Assembly (NCBI GenBank): GCA_965235115.1
Contig: OZ249436.1
Coordinates: forward strand, 42,534,001 to 42,598,000
Reading direction: 5' to 3'
DNA: 64,000 bases
Source of the DNA: Laetmonice hystrix
Lineage: Eukaryota
How positions within the stretch are numbered: the stretch's first letter is position 1; each line of letters begins with the position of its first letter. Shown in pieces: positions 50,715-64,000 of this stretch. Position numbers and translations under genes: made by a program. Below the pieces are notes generated by a model. The model saw only the letters and a program-made list of their open reading frames with translations. It was not told the DNA's origin and did not search any database.

Positions 50715-52907
50715 CTAAAGCCTGTGTACAGAGAACCATTGCCGTATGGAGATCCCCGTCCATCTCCTTCTGGCCCGACTCTTCCATGAGGTTCTCGGCC
50801 TGGAAGCACGCCGACTCGAAGCCATCCCCTGCAGGCAGGAGACGTTGTCCCTTGGGATGAGGTGGGAGAGGGGGCCGGCCGGCGGCCATGCGACCATCAC
50901 CTTGAGATTTCGCCGACTTTGCTGCTGCCATTTGTTCGGGAATGCGGCCCATGAGTTGGTGACTGGCTCGGCTGTCCGTACCGCTCGTGTAACTCAACTG
51001 GGACTGAGATTTGGTCGGTTCTCTTCCATGGGCAAGCCTGGTGTTCTCATTGCCCGGCGAGTCGACCGAAGCGCTACTCGAACTGTTCCTGTCGCTGCTG
51101 CTATTGGCGCTGCGGTATCCGGAGTCTTGGTGCGATACTAGGGACACGTTGTCTCCAGGGATGTCCACTTTGAGGGCCTCGGGCAGGGCAGGTCTTGGAG
51201 GGGCCACTTGGGTACGGGCGAGTTGTTCCGTCATTGAGTCCAGGCTGCTGTTACTACTGCGGCTACCCGCTGACCCCGGACCGTGGGCCGGGTGCCCTCG
51301 ACCACCGCCGCTGCCCGGTTTGAGCTGCTGGTAGGTCAGGACATTCTCCACCGCTCTCCGGTTGATGTACTGTAGCGTGCCGTAAGGGTCCTCCTCGTCC
51401 TTCCAATGGCGGGGGTAACCGGGTCGACCACCGGGAGGAGGCATTGGTTTCGGCGGCTTACCATCAACCACATCATATCTTCTGTCAGGCTGAGGCAGAC
51501 CTGGGTGGGAAACACCTGGTGAAGGTACACCTGGATGGGATCCACCTGATGACGGCACACCAGGCTGAGATACACCTGATAAAGACACACCGGAGTGAAG
51601 GGCACCATTGTTAACAGGTGTTTTCCTATGACTACCTGCCTGCTCACTGCCAGGCTTGGGGTTGGTACAGTCAAAAGGCCTTGCGCTTTGCGGCCTCATT
51701 CGGCCCATCGTGTTGGCGTTACTGTTACAGTTGACAGGGCCATCTGGGGGTAACTGATTGGTGTTTTCAAGTGATCGAGTCCTTTTCAAATTACTCTGAC
51801 TGGGGTGTGTTTCTGACTTGAGAGCTGGGTGAGATTGACTGGACGGCATCTGACACGGAACGTGGTTTGAACTGGCAGAACTTGAGGCCTGCATGACGCC
51901 ACATTCATGTCCAGGGTACAGGGCCTCGGGCTCAAGTGGTCCATAATGATTAGTGGACCCACCCTGTGGTTTACTAGACTCGTTCACCTGGTACCTGACA
52001 ACGTCAGCTCCAGGTTTACCTTTGCCCTTCTTGAAGCTCTCAATTCTCTGGATCTCGTTAACCTTGGCCAAGGCGGTTGGAGTGGGATTTTTGGCCGGAG
52101 AGGCGGGGTAAACGAATGCTGCGTTATCCTCTCTAGTAGTAGGACTGGTTGGCATATTCTGCCTACGGTAGGACTCACTCGTGGACAATGTCCAGTCAGG
52201 GTAGTCTGTTCTCTGCTTGCCTACCTGATTTGGTTGTTGGACAGGGGCGTATTGTTTAGGGGGGTTACTGGCGACCCCGTTCACCACATTGTTTAGGGGG
52301 TATGTCTGGGGAGCACAGTATTGGTACTGACTCTGGTTGGTACCATATTGTTGACCTGTTTGTCGTTGAGAGCCATCAATGGGTTGTTGTGGCCCGTTCT
52401 GGTCCTGATGTCTACCAGAGACATCCATTTGGTTATAATTAGAACTATTACCATAATGGTCTACGCTTCCATTCGCCATAGAGGTTGGTTTCAAGGACTG
52501 GTGAAGGTTATCGTGAGCCATGGCGGCACTGTAGTACGGGTCGCCGCCGTGAGTGGCCGTCTTACTGCGTGGTTCCCGTCCTTTCTCTCCTGGACCCCCG
52601 TCCAGTGCCATCAGATAGCTGGGCTGACGGAAGTGGACGGCCTCAGCCTTACGTTTGGCCATGTCGTCATCCTCCTCGTCACTGTGGTACCGGCCCCAGT
52701 CAGGCCCGGGGGTGATGGCCCGCCGGGGGACGGTATGCGAGCCTGGGGTACTCTGCTCTGGGCCTGGGGTCATGGACCGGCGCAGGCGGGAGGTACCCGC
52801 CGACCTCAGCGACGTCTCGTAGCTCGTGTACTGGGACCGCTGGGTTGACGACGGGTCCTTTTGGTCAGACCGTCGTCGGGTCGTCCGACTGCCACCGCCA
52901 CATTTCA
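50715..52907 (-). CDS. USP54: USP53/54-like gene, 2193-bp exon (phase 1-1), disordered region
   Basis: Acceptor tttgacAG|TG and donor G|GTAAGT. Lies within the 745-aa ORF, in frame with both flanking exons. Includes DSGY-type Ser-rich motifs. Confidence 0.9.
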
Positions 52908-53174
52908 CTGTCAAACGCAGGAAAACCACAAAATGAACGACACCTCAAAGCAATTTTTTTCATAATATCATTTAAAATATATATCTTTAAATAACAAAAC
53001 ATTCTGATTCTTTATAAAGTCATTTTACAGTGCAACTTGATTGTACTCCAAAGAAAAATCTAAACACAATATTATGTAGACCATCGCATATAATTGTATC
53101 CCAATTTACTGGTATTTGTTGGGTAGAACTGAGAATAACTGAATTGCAGGGTTTAGCAGGGCAGTAAGACTAAC

Positions 53175-53334
53175 CGTCAGTGTTGAAGTGTTGATAACCC
53201 GGTAGTTTGGTGGTAATCTGTGGGGCCGTCCTCGTGTCGAGTGGGCTGCTGTCAGAGTTCGCATACAGTAGTAGAAGTGGCTGGTAGTGGCCTCGACAAC
53301 ACTTGTCCGCCACATTCTGCCAGTCGGGGCCCAT
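53175..53334 (-). CDS. USP54: USP53/54-like gene exon, end of the USP catalytic domain
   Basis: tcgtAG|ATG...G|GTTAGT. Encodes MGPDWQNVADKCCRGHYQPLLLLYANSDSSPL..., matching the family motif GPxWxxVxxKCxxGHYQPLLLLY. Confidence 0.95.
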
Positions 53335-53740
53335 CTACGATTTAAGTCGGACATATTGCTGATCAATTGCTATCACATGGAACCCATCTTATGGCTAGAT
53401 CTACATCAATTACAAAATTATTTCACCAATCAACCAGCATTATACTTTTTGAGGATTAATATTACTTTCTTAAATCAAATAATTATACCAAAAAGGAAAC
53501 CCCTGAAAGTTTTATCATGGCTATTAATAATATGGCGTTCTTTCACGTTCTCGTCTCGCGATTTTAGATTATTAATTAAGACGATGATCCTTTAATTAAG
53601 AAACCTTAAGAGACGAGGTTCCTTTAAATAATAAGTGAAAAGAAGAATAAACCCCCTATAAAAGTGAAGACAAAAAGGGCAGAGTTTGCAAACGAGCTTG
53701 GGAAGATTTGGCCTATTTCCCATGGGCAATGAACTCTCAC

Positions 53741-53893
53741 CTCTTTGACGTGGGCATCATCGAAGTAAACCCACTTCTTCATCTTGGAGTGGAAGAAAAA
53801 GGTGGAGTAGTGCTTGCCGTAATAACACACAACTCCCACTAGGTGAAGTGTCAGGGACTGCGCCCACGGGTCTTCAACCACGGAGTGGAACAA
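53741..53893 (-). CDS. USP54: USP53/54-like gene exon, His-box of the USP domain
   Basis: ttttttccAG|TTG...GAG|GTGAGA, 51 codons: [63 protein letters not shown]...[10 protein letters not shown] is characteristic of USP53/USP54/echinus. Confidence 0.96.
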
Positions 53894-54907
53894 CTGGAAA
53901 AAAATTAAACTACATAAGTCTCCAAGCAATAAATAAAAATAATTACTACATGGTGTGTATTCCCCTGAAATCACACCAGCTTGCGCTTGAAATGCACATT
54001 ACCGCCGTTTCCTCAACAAACCATGTTGAACTCAGGCCGGAGATTCTGATGGCATGTGTCTACATACGAGTGCGTCTATGTGGGTTATCCATGGCAACAG
54101 TTTGCAATTTAAGTTATGACCGTACCACACAACCTTGTACCATACCAACAGTCGACCAGATGTGGCCCTTCCAGTAGAAGATATCATAATGGACATGTAT
54201 GGGTCACGGTGACCCTAATGGGCCCTACTAGGCTGGACACCGTCAAACAGACCAGCTGCCGACAATAGATGTTTCTAATACTCCAGACCCTGACCCTGAC
54301 CGTTCTCCAGCAGGCAGCCCAGGAGGAATAGATACAGCCAGAATCAGCTGATACCATTCATTGTTCCTTTCCATGGCAATTTACATTTAGAATATCACAT
54401 CTAAAGGCGCCTTTCCCCTCATACAATCGTAGAGATTTATTGACGGGCCAATTCCATAAAGTAACTAAAAAATAGGGAACCAAACCGTTAACAATTAGTG
54501 ACGTGTTTTTCCGTAATTTTAAGAACCAGCTTTTACGCCTTTCAGCCGTGATTTCCCTTACAACCATTATCGGGGTTTATAATAATGGGAGTTACGGGAT
54601 TTTTACGATATATACCCGTGTTTATACTTTACGGAGCACATCTGTAAGGTCTTAGGAGGGGAAACCTTAAATTTTACGGAAATTTGTAAGAGCGTGTATA
54701 GTCATTTTTATGTAACATGTAAATACGCCCCCTACAATTGTAAAGATGTATTTAAACAACATTACCATAATATATTTACACGGAAATTGGGACAGGTTTC
54801 ATATATATTGTAATCTACCATTCATAAATTTGAAGCATAAGAGGTCGTATATTTACTGTGGTGCTGAATCGGAGTCTTCCTTAATCTTAAGTAGCCAAAG
54901 GATATTC

Positions 54908-55089
54908 CATGGGCGGATCCAAGGGTGGGGAGAGTTCAGGGGGTTCGAACCCACCCCTTGGCAACCAATTTTTCTTTTTTTTCCATAGAATTTTCTGAAT
55001 TGTCCATGCTGAATCCCCCCCTTACTCGCCGTAGCAAATTCTACTCCTGAACCCCCCTTTATAACACCAAAATCCTGGATCCGTCCCTG
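54908..55089. mobile_element. hAT-like MITE (GGCGGATCC family)
   Basis: TATTC|CATGGGCGGATCCA ... TGGATCCGTCCCTG|TTTTC: a 5-bp TSD with one mismatch. Confidence 0.75.
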
Positions 55090-56354
55090 TTTTCCATTAT
55101 GCAGCTTCACGTGCTGGTCTATAGAGCTATTTAATCCCCGCATACTAGCACCAGCTCTGCTGGTGGTCTTTTAGTAGTCGGCTTTATACACTATTGTCCA
55201 GCTGAGAAAGTCACCAGTAATTCTACGGCTTCGCTCATTCAGCTAAGTGCCAAGCGCAGTCCCTCAAGCACCCATTACACCTGCCAACTCGGTTACCGAA
55301 TGAGCCCCCTAGTGGCTAAAGACGGATACTGTGTCCCTACAGTAATGCCACCTGGTGGCACTATATGTTACATCCTCTGCGTTCGTAGTTAATCTCTATA
55401 TTGCCCAGCTACTAATACCGGTATTTATAACTCGCACAACACATTATGAGAACAGCCATTTCCGGTGTCATTACTTTAGATTCGGTCAGTCTCGTGCTGT
55501 CAGATTTCCATGTGCGACATCCGCCATCTATTGTTACGACTGCGACAATGTGGCTTGATTCTATAGTCAGTATGTTAAAAGCGACTACAATGTGTTTACA
55601 TGATGAAAGACATTCACCTGCCTCCCGACTCTTTCACTATTAGAGTAAGTTCATCATAACAGCATGCGCTCCATTCCCAAGGCCGCTCGCCTCTATTGTC
55701 AGCGCTCCCTTCCGCTACCTGTCCATCCTGAAGACCATGTTGAACACCAATTTCCACCCACACACTACAATGATTCCGAGCTCCAGCTGCATGCAAGAAT
55801 CTCGGTAGGAAAATCGGAAAGTTGTTCGTAAACTGATGGCCACTGTTTGATAGGTCAATCAATAACTCATGTCCACGTCATCAAGCCCAGAGCTTGCTGT
55901 GTCTAGATTTACCTCTGTACACACTCCCATTATAAACAAATACTATTTTTGTGGGTCAGTACTTGTTTCCATGGTAGCAAGCCAATTACAGGTAAAAGCG
56001 TTACGAACAGTTACACATTACGCGTATCATATCAATAATAGCTGCAAAATACGATCTTGATTTCTATTCGACCTTTCAAAAAAGAACATGTTTGAAATGC
56101 ATTCACTGCCCGACTAATGGTGTATGAGTCGTATGAATTCCTAATTCATTTCGATACATAGAGACAAACTGATATTGCGCCCTTTCACCGTTAAAATTGA
56201 CAATACATGTACACCAACTCACGTTTTACCACATTTTACCAGAACTCATGCTACACTGCAATTATATAACAATACTAATTACGATTTTCTCCTAAAAAGT
56301 TACAAAGTAATCGGAAATAATAAATGTACTTTTGATTAAATGCAGAAAACATCA

Positions 56355-56432
56355 AGCGTGGAATCGAATCCCAAGACTTCGTTTTACTGCAATGAGCAAT
56401 AAACATGCCTCAATCTGTTCCGTCGTCCTGCA
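56355..56432 (-). mobile_element. Possible degenerate tRNA-derived SINE head
   Basis: The minus strand reads GCAGGACGACGGAACAGATTGAGGCATG...GGGATTCGATTCCACG, resembling pol III A and B boxes. No intact cloverleaf. Confidence 0.3.
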
Positions 56433-58258
56433 TGGGCCTACAGCATGGGATACCATTTCACAACTGGCATTACCTGCCAGTGCTCTGTGCCAATGCTAAA
56501 TGGTTCTAAAGAATGGAACCGGTACGGAAACAACTGCGCCTTGATGTCTAAATTGCCCTTATTCAATTAAGGGCTTCTAACACAACGTGATGTGATGGTG
56601 TAATTATGAGCTTTCTAATTGGCTCGGTTGTTATGGCTTACAATAGGTTCGTTTGAGGCTATCCATTGATAATTCCATAGCCTACTGTGCACCTCTGCTG
56701 TAGTCAATCTGTTGTCTTTCGCGGACAGAGTCAAACACGCACACATATGTTACGGAAAGAAACGCGCGGTCTTAACATGACTGAAAGGCCGTTGCCAATG
56801 TTGACAACTGGAATATCCTCGTATTGTTGCAAAGTCGGTCCTCATTATGGAAAACCTGTTCAAACAATGTGTGGCACCTAAAAGTGTGTATAATAAGACT
56901 TCTTTTCTTAGGTGAAATGGTCCTTCCATTTTCCATTGTCTTTCCATTGTGAGTCGGTAGCATGTTTGCCTACGCCATCCCTATACACGTATTATACATC
57001 CAGACTGACAGGTTTAGTGAAGTGTAAAAGTCGGGGAATCCAGCCAACAGGAGTTGTTCACTTTCCAGTGCACCCATTAATATTTATCGTGTTCACCACG
57101 CCGGTCACGCACAGCGTTAGACTTCCTACCAGTACCTGCAGTCGTTTTGATCCCACACCTCTCACTCAGACACCCTAGTCGTTTAATGTTTAATTCATTG
57201 GTGAATCCAGGGACCCTAAAACAAACAGGCCTCAGGAGACCATGCATACAGTCAGGCTGCATCAACGCTCAGAGGTATCCAGCAAAGAAAGCTATACGTG
57301 CCTTTCAAACCGTCCTCCGAAATTAAGGTAACAAGATTACCATCCATGAGAAACATACCATGTGACGACCTCGACTTGATCAGATCACAGAGTGAGAAAC
57401 GTCCCACTTCACTACCAGTCCACAAGTCAGTGGGGACGATAGATTATAGACGAGGCCGAGTTTATAAAAGATTCTGGACTACCAGAGTACGAACTGATGG
57501 TAACTCCCGGTCTCTTCAATTCCATCCTGACACCTTCTGAACTTGCATTGTTCCAGGATTCTACCTTGTGGCCCTCGAGAGACGCGAGAGCATGTGAGAT
57601 ACGGTTTGGCGCGTTCGGGTCAATTGAGCGTTTGATTTCGTGAGGCTCAGACGTGGGTGACCACTGCTCTGTACACTCTAACGGGTGGCTGGCATAGCAC
57701 TCGTCTCTCAAACATCTCTCACGTAATAATTGGGCACTTGGAAGATGAAACTTGCAACATTAAAAAAGTCCATCCCTTGATGATGAACTTACCTACAAGG
57801 ACGTTACCGTAAAACCAAGGTGTGGTGCCCTCACAATGCTCACCTGTTTCGAGCCTGGCAGGAGGCTGGTTTGGATACCACCCAATCAAACGTTCACATG
57901 AGACTGTTCAGTAGTCTGAACACCTGTACCGAGCTCCGACCATGGCTGGCTGCCCACAACGTCCACATACAATGCCAGTGGAACAGGATCTAATCTAGGC
58001 CTCACCTGTCCGCCCGCCTTGGGATGGGCCCCCTCATTCTACCATCAGATATCATTGCTGTGTGGCCTAATCCACTTTTTGTTTGTCGCCGACCACATTC
58101 TCTTTCAAACTGTTCTCCCGTGAGCACATGTTTGCCCACCTTTGTTCTCTGATTTCCGCTCGGCCGGCCCACGTGAACAGGAGCACTTCCGTTTGAGACA
58201 CACTTGTGGTTAGATCCAGATGTGAGTCAGAGTTTACAATGTCTTTATGGAGTACACT

Positions 58259-58340
58259 ATGGTGACAGCCTCTCGGGCAGGGCAATGGATATTTCTGTAT
58301 GGTGACAGCCTCTCCGGCAGGGCAATGGATATTTCTGTAT
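58259..58340. repeat. 40-bp tandem duplication
   Basis: ATGGTGACAGCCTCTC(G/C)GGCAGGGCAATGGATATTTCTGT occurs twice. Confidence 0.9.
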
Positions 58341-61092
58341 ATAGACTCACCTCGTTTCCTCCCTCTCCACGCGGAACTTGACGTATTAAATAAATACCGT
58401 GCCGGCTTTAGGTCAAAGGTCCGAGCACAGGTAAAGCATATGTAATTATATCTCAGGATTCTTTGAACTGCATGAGTAAGAAAATACAAATCTCATGGTA
58501 AACGATCCGGTTGGGCCGACAGTCCTGGCAGTGTTGATGACCGATATCCTTAAACACTCACAAGTACACTGTGCTTTGAGTTCCTACTTTTGAGTGCGCG
58601 TCATGGTTTTTACGAGTAGACTGGGTTGACCAGGTCCAGACCCCTTCACCTGGGCCTGCGCCTGGAATTATTCATCACCGGTGTATGCTCAGCATGTCCA
58701 GCCCAGTTTGACCGCCAGCGTTAGCCTACTGTAAGAATGTAGCACACGGCGTCTGCCGCATGCTGAGAGATCAGCCTTACAACCTGGCTTCCCTTACTCA
58801 CAAAGGTCCTTTATGAAATCATCTTGGAGGTCTATCAACATTCAATGGGACTCTGCGGCAGGCTCGTTACCCCTCAGATGTTACAAGTTTGGTGTTACAA
58901 GATAACCTTAATGAGGGTTGGTATTTTACACCGCACCAAGAAAGATTTTGGCCCAGGTCAAAGGCATTGTGCGTGGGAGCTGGTAATTACCGTACTCTCA
59001 GGGTAAGACCTGATCCGTTCACAGAAGATGCTTAACCTTGCTCAGGGGCACAGCGAGCCCTGATTAAATACCCTTTCCCCCGGATTTGCATGTAAAACTT
59101 CACCAATCTCTGTTTACTCTATGCTGATCTCTAAACCTGACAATGGAAAATCAAAGGACCACGCTTTCATCATTTAATTCTCGTAATTTCAGAATATATG
59201 ATTGAATTTCTTTGTTTAAGGCAACAATAAGGAAGCCGAATCATCGTTCTCGTTAAGCGTTCCTTTAATTACTAATTCGTGACTGAAATTTATGAGTATA
59301 CGATACCTTTAACTCACATTATAGTTTGCCCTGGGGTACTACGCCCAAGGTAACACGCCTGGGGGACCAAAATCATTATCGAAATACATAATGTATCAAC
59401 TTTTTGCACGGAAGGATGGACCATCCAGACATAGTATTCCGCGATATCGAATAGAAGAGAACGTTGTGCTGACGTACATCAACCACATAAACGAATTGCT
59501 GAGATAAGTAGAGCGGAGGACAGATCACCAAATCCCCTTACATCCCCTGAGGTGGCAGAATTGGTGATAAATCTACGATCGCTGTCAGTGTGAAAGCTTA
59601 GACCCGTGTCGACGACACCTCAGTGGACACCTCATTACGACTCGCTGGCATGATTGGAGGATCTGGGAGGCCCGTCTGGGACACAAGCAACACGAGGTCT
59701 TCACGCTAACGAAACCGACCATCAGACGAAATAATGGATTATGCGGCGATATGGCGGTGGTCTGACTTGCGAAGAATCCGTTAAGGGGGAGCTCTTAAAC
59801 GTCCCCGCGTCCTCCTCTTGACCTTTGGTTCAATACAGTGACCTCTTGGAGAGTGTCTCAAGTATAAGCGGGGTCTGTTCAGGATGTACTTCAGGAATCA
59901 GACCCAGCCTTGTTCATCGTGCCGGGGTTTACACATGAATTGTCATTGCCATAGCGACCGCACCAAGGCCCAACAGACACCTGTTTGATGGGGGGGGGGG
60001 GGGTCGGGATAGTTCTCCCGGCTTAATTCTCCAAGCTCTCAGCAACAACCTGGCACAGGTGTGTGACACTTGTACCTGTGCTTAAAAACTGCTGAAAAAA
60101 TTCCCTACTCTAGTGTATGATTGAATTGTGGTTAGGTAACCACTGAAGCCTGGTGAAAATATCGAGTTTTTCATAATCCTGAAGTTGTCTCATAAACGCA
60201 GACAATTATAAATCAAACTTGATTGCTTTGAATTCATTTCGGTACACTAGGCTCGAGGGCTGACAACATCGAGGCACCAACTGCTTGGGGCAACAACCTT
60301 TTAAGGAGAAATTGTGACTTGGTCTGCTGGCAGCGACACGCCGCCGACCCTTCACACAATGAGTGAAAGGTAGTCCTTGGAATACTGACGGCCTGAGGTA
60401 AACACACTCAACTTGGCCAACACTGGACCAGACTGGCTGACCGCCTCGCTCAGTCTGCTGCAGCAGTACCACTTTATGTACCTTCCGCGCCCATAACGGC
60501 AACACTTCATCAGTCTTCATGAATATTCATGAGGGAGGGCATCGCCATGAATATTAATGAGGGCATCTGATGACCACTGCTCATTATTCCTTGGTATAAA
60601 GTAATGATTCATAAATGCTCCAACAAAATGGTTTCAACTTTGAACTGACGCGAATATTAGAGAGGTATTATTGGAAAAGGTCAGGTATTCTGTGTTCATT
60701 ACCGTTATATAACCCAGGTACGGTCTAGATTTGTTTAAAAATCCATAATAATATTGAGGTCGACCTGAAAAAGTTTGTTGTCATATTGTGTAACCAGATG
60801 TGGGCTGTTGCCATGGAGACGCCTTTACAATAACTCTTCCCTCATACAACAATTGGTTGGTGCCATCCCATGTATCCATTCTGACATGGAGTCTATTAAT
60901 AAGACAAATCCTCCGAAGTAGGATTAGCCTAACACCAAACATATTCTCATGCTGCTATCACCATTAAAATAGTAGGCACCGTTACCTGTTCTTAACGTTA
61001 TAGAACCTGTTTGTTCTCGATAAAAAATGACACAAAAGTTTGCCTCAGGACCCCCCAATCTGACCCCCAGAGATTGAGGTAAAAATACTTAC

Positions 61093-61187
61093 GTCTCGGA
61101 GTCTAACTGCTGTTCCTATACTGCGTACCACATCCTTGATATGTTCGAACGACGGGCGGTCTGAGTCCCAGATAAGTCCGATACTCA
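61093..61187 (-). CDS. USP54: USP53/54-like gene exon within the USP domain (most 5' exon found in the window)
   Basis: gctttcAG|TG...GAC|GTAAGT, 95 bp (phase 1-0). Encodes (V)SIGLIWDSDRPSFEHIKDVVRSIGTAVRLRD, matching the family motif IGLxWDS. Joins in frame to the 53893 exon. Confidence 0.93.
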
Positions 61188-64000
61188 CTGAAAGCCAAGC
61201 ATACGGCACACCATAAACCACCGCCCGACCACACCATAATAATAACGTTAAGTGACTAATTCAGCATTTGTTCCGCCTCATCTCAGCAGTACCTCAGCGT
61301 CACGCCAGCCCATAACACACCTACCAAAACACACCTGACCTCGTTATGCGGGTCTGTCACTGGGTGTGTCATCAAAGTAAGGTGGGCGACGATTATTGAT
61401 ATGTTGATGAGGTTACAACCATCCAACCAACCAGCCCATCGCCATCACCCCGATAAAAAAAACCCTCCTTCAGCTACGTGTGTACACACCTGCAATCGGC
61501 ACTGAACCTCACTGGATCCGATCCCCAGTAAACTCACACCCGTTGTCAAGGCAACGCTGTTACCTGACTGTTTTCACCACCGCTTCCATTCTAGTAGCGT
61601 CAAATACCGCCCAAAGGATTTTACAACTCCGACCAAATCCTTGGATTTTATCTTAAACTGGTACAAATCGTCTAGGGGGTTCTGTATTGTCTTTCCGTGC
61701 CAGACCAGTTGTTCCAGGTGAATGGCTAAAGGTGCCTGTAGTCGCCACCAGCAGGCCATGCAGTGCGCGCTGCAGGCCACAGATGGGTCAGGCTACATTT
61801 TGTGCATGTCGTGTGGGGCCGATAGGTGCCATCTGTCACCAGTCAGCCAGCCTCGGCCCAGCTGCGGCCCAACGCTGGTATTCTACCTATCTCTATCCTT
61901 GCCGTCTTTGCTTACCTGGACGGCGGCGTGTTCACCATGCCACCGCTCAGGTAGAAACCAGGCACAGCCCAAAGTGCACCGATCTTCAGCCCACAATAAC
62001 CATTGTACTCCCACCGTGCACTAAATACCGCGACACTGGTATTGGACATGTACAAACTGTAGCCATCTTTGAGGTTGGTGATTTGATGTATGAGATAATA
62101 AATACTGATCGTGTTTAGAAAAGGGGCGCGCCTGATGAACTACTGATTCATGGAAATAATACACTATGGTGCCCTACCTAACATAGATTCAGGCTGACAT
62201 GATCATACAATTCAAAACATGAACATGGCGTGGTGTTAATTAAAAGTAAGCCGAGGATCATGAATGAGCACATGTTGAACATCACAATGATTTTAATATC
62301 GTCCTGTCAAATCGGATCTTTATAACTGATACCCCAGACCTCCGACCAGTATTCATAACGGAAAGGTTATTTTGGTCGCAACACTTTAAGTGCACCTTAT
62401 TCGAAGAACATTATGAACAACTGTTCAAAGCTGTAGACTGATAACAAATTCTAACACATCTAAGGCAGGAATGCCACGTTATCTTTTCCCGATTCAGCAT
62501 CCATCCCTTGCCTGAAGACAGCACAAGGAGCTGCCAACAACTGTCCTTGCCGCCTCGTGTGGCAATGCATAATGCACAATCAAGGCCTTATTTTGTTGGC
62601 ACAAAATTGTTGGGGAATGGAACCAGTTCGCAGAACATCAAGGGGCCTTTGTAAAGATGGTGATCAATATATGCAACTCCAAGCTTAGCTATACAACTGG
62701 TCATCGCAGGAGCTCTAAAGGTGGCACTAAAAGGACACCTAGTGGTGACTTTAGAAAGCATACGCTCCCCCTGGTGTTAAACAGCGACATTAGGGAATAC
62801 GCCTCCACCACCAGGGGTCGTGTATGTATTCCGTCCGTCTGTTCTGTTGGAATCAGACAACCGATTGTTATACGTACCGACATCCGGACAGTTGGTCAGG
62901 TTTCGCCGAATTTGCACTTTCTTGCCACAGTTGCTCTACAAAATAAACCAGAAACATGTTTACAATCAAATTCTCCGCCAATAGAATCAGGCTCCGTAAA
63001 AACGTTGGCGACTTCTTCCCTCTTCTAGTCGATTATGTAAAAAGATTTTATTATTAGGGCTTTCTGCTTCACTTTCCACAATTCTTGTGAAAACCGCGAT
63101 TATACCACTACACTTAGTATCGTTTTGGAGTTGGTCCATGTATGATACAACGTGGGCCCCCTCCCCCGTACCGATCTCACAGATCCACACACACTCTGTC
63201 ACCCGCTGGGCTATCCGCTAGGCAGCTATACTAGTAGCATTGCTGTTACAGGTGCACCGCACGGCCACAATAAACACACAGCAGTCTCAGTAGGCCTACC
63301 CCACCCCCCCCCCACCCCTGGGAGGACGGACACAGAACGACACTGTAACATGCTGCGTGCATTACCATCTTGACATCATCATCATCAACATAGTTACCAA
63401 CAGGCGGCCATGTCTTACACTGTGTGTTTTCTTTGTCAGATACACGCCAACGTTCTATGCTTTGTGAAAAACCACTTTTTAAATTTTGTATTTAAGTTGC
63501 ATAAATTTAGATAATTCATGTCAGTTAAAAAAAAGTGTTATCAAAAATCCTCCTGAAGTCAAATCCAAAGTCTTTGTAAAATGTCGACATTGTTAAGTTA
63601 CTTTTATCTTTAGGGAAGTAAAAGACAAATGTTTAGTGAGAAAGGCCAGCATGACAACCGCCACACCTCGTAGCCTTTGATGGATGGTTCCTCCCTTGGA
63701 TATCTCGACATGATCAAAGGACATTTTATCTCCACTGATCAGTCAAACCTTCCGGTTATCATTTTCAATCTATGCTACCCTTCACACACCTCTGAGGTAT
63801 CATTAATATCTAAAAGTACCTTAAACTACAGACAGCGCGTAAATAATGGGAAAATGTGGATATTCTTCTCGAGGCTTGGAAACCCTACGTTTGAAGCGCA
63901 GGCCTTGAGCCAACAGCCTAAGGGCCAAGTTCACTCAGGCGGGCCAGAGGCCAAACTGACCACCACCAACATCTTGGCTGGTCGTCATGGTTACACAAAC

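Noticed and set aside
48619..52848. Numerous + strand ORFs of 60-175 aa
   Set aside because: Antisense shadows of the long USP54 coding exons.
61188..64000. Further 5' USP54 exons (Cys-box)
   Set aside because: No segment matching the expected upstream USP motifs with a phase-1 donor was found. They probably lie beyond the window.

Overview
This is eukaryotic genomic DNA from a metazoan, probably a marine invertebrate. It is not prokaryotic, and most entries in the supplied ORF track are spurious. Two spliced genes converge. On the + strand is a small Ly6/uPAR three-finger gene resembling quiver/sleepless, probably GPI-anchored (two coding exons found, 3668-5611). On the - strand is the 3' part of a large USP53/USP54/echinus-family deubiquitinase gene (exons from 61187 down to 30739; the 5' end lies outside the window). 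The ~25 kb between them is a dense, nested transposon graveyard. It holds a decayed CR1/L2-type LINE and a ~9.7 kb TTAA-flanked Kolobok-type foldback element carrying a 4.57 kb Academ (AcademX: transposase + XPG nuclease + Cys-rich finger) with a 3-bp TTC target duplication. It also holds further Kolobok-, Harbinger-, hAT- and Mutator-like MITEs stacked inside one another, minisatellites, and a probable very old DIRS-like retroelement relic. The most interesting non-TE observation is a splice-phase mismatch before the last USP54 exon. That exon can be read as a 23-aa tail or as a 367-aa region with a PP1-docking-like motif and a C4 zinc finger. I found no CRISPR, rRNA or intact tRNA genes, and nothing I can defend as a wholly new biological system. 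All family assignments rest on motif recognition by eye, not database searches.
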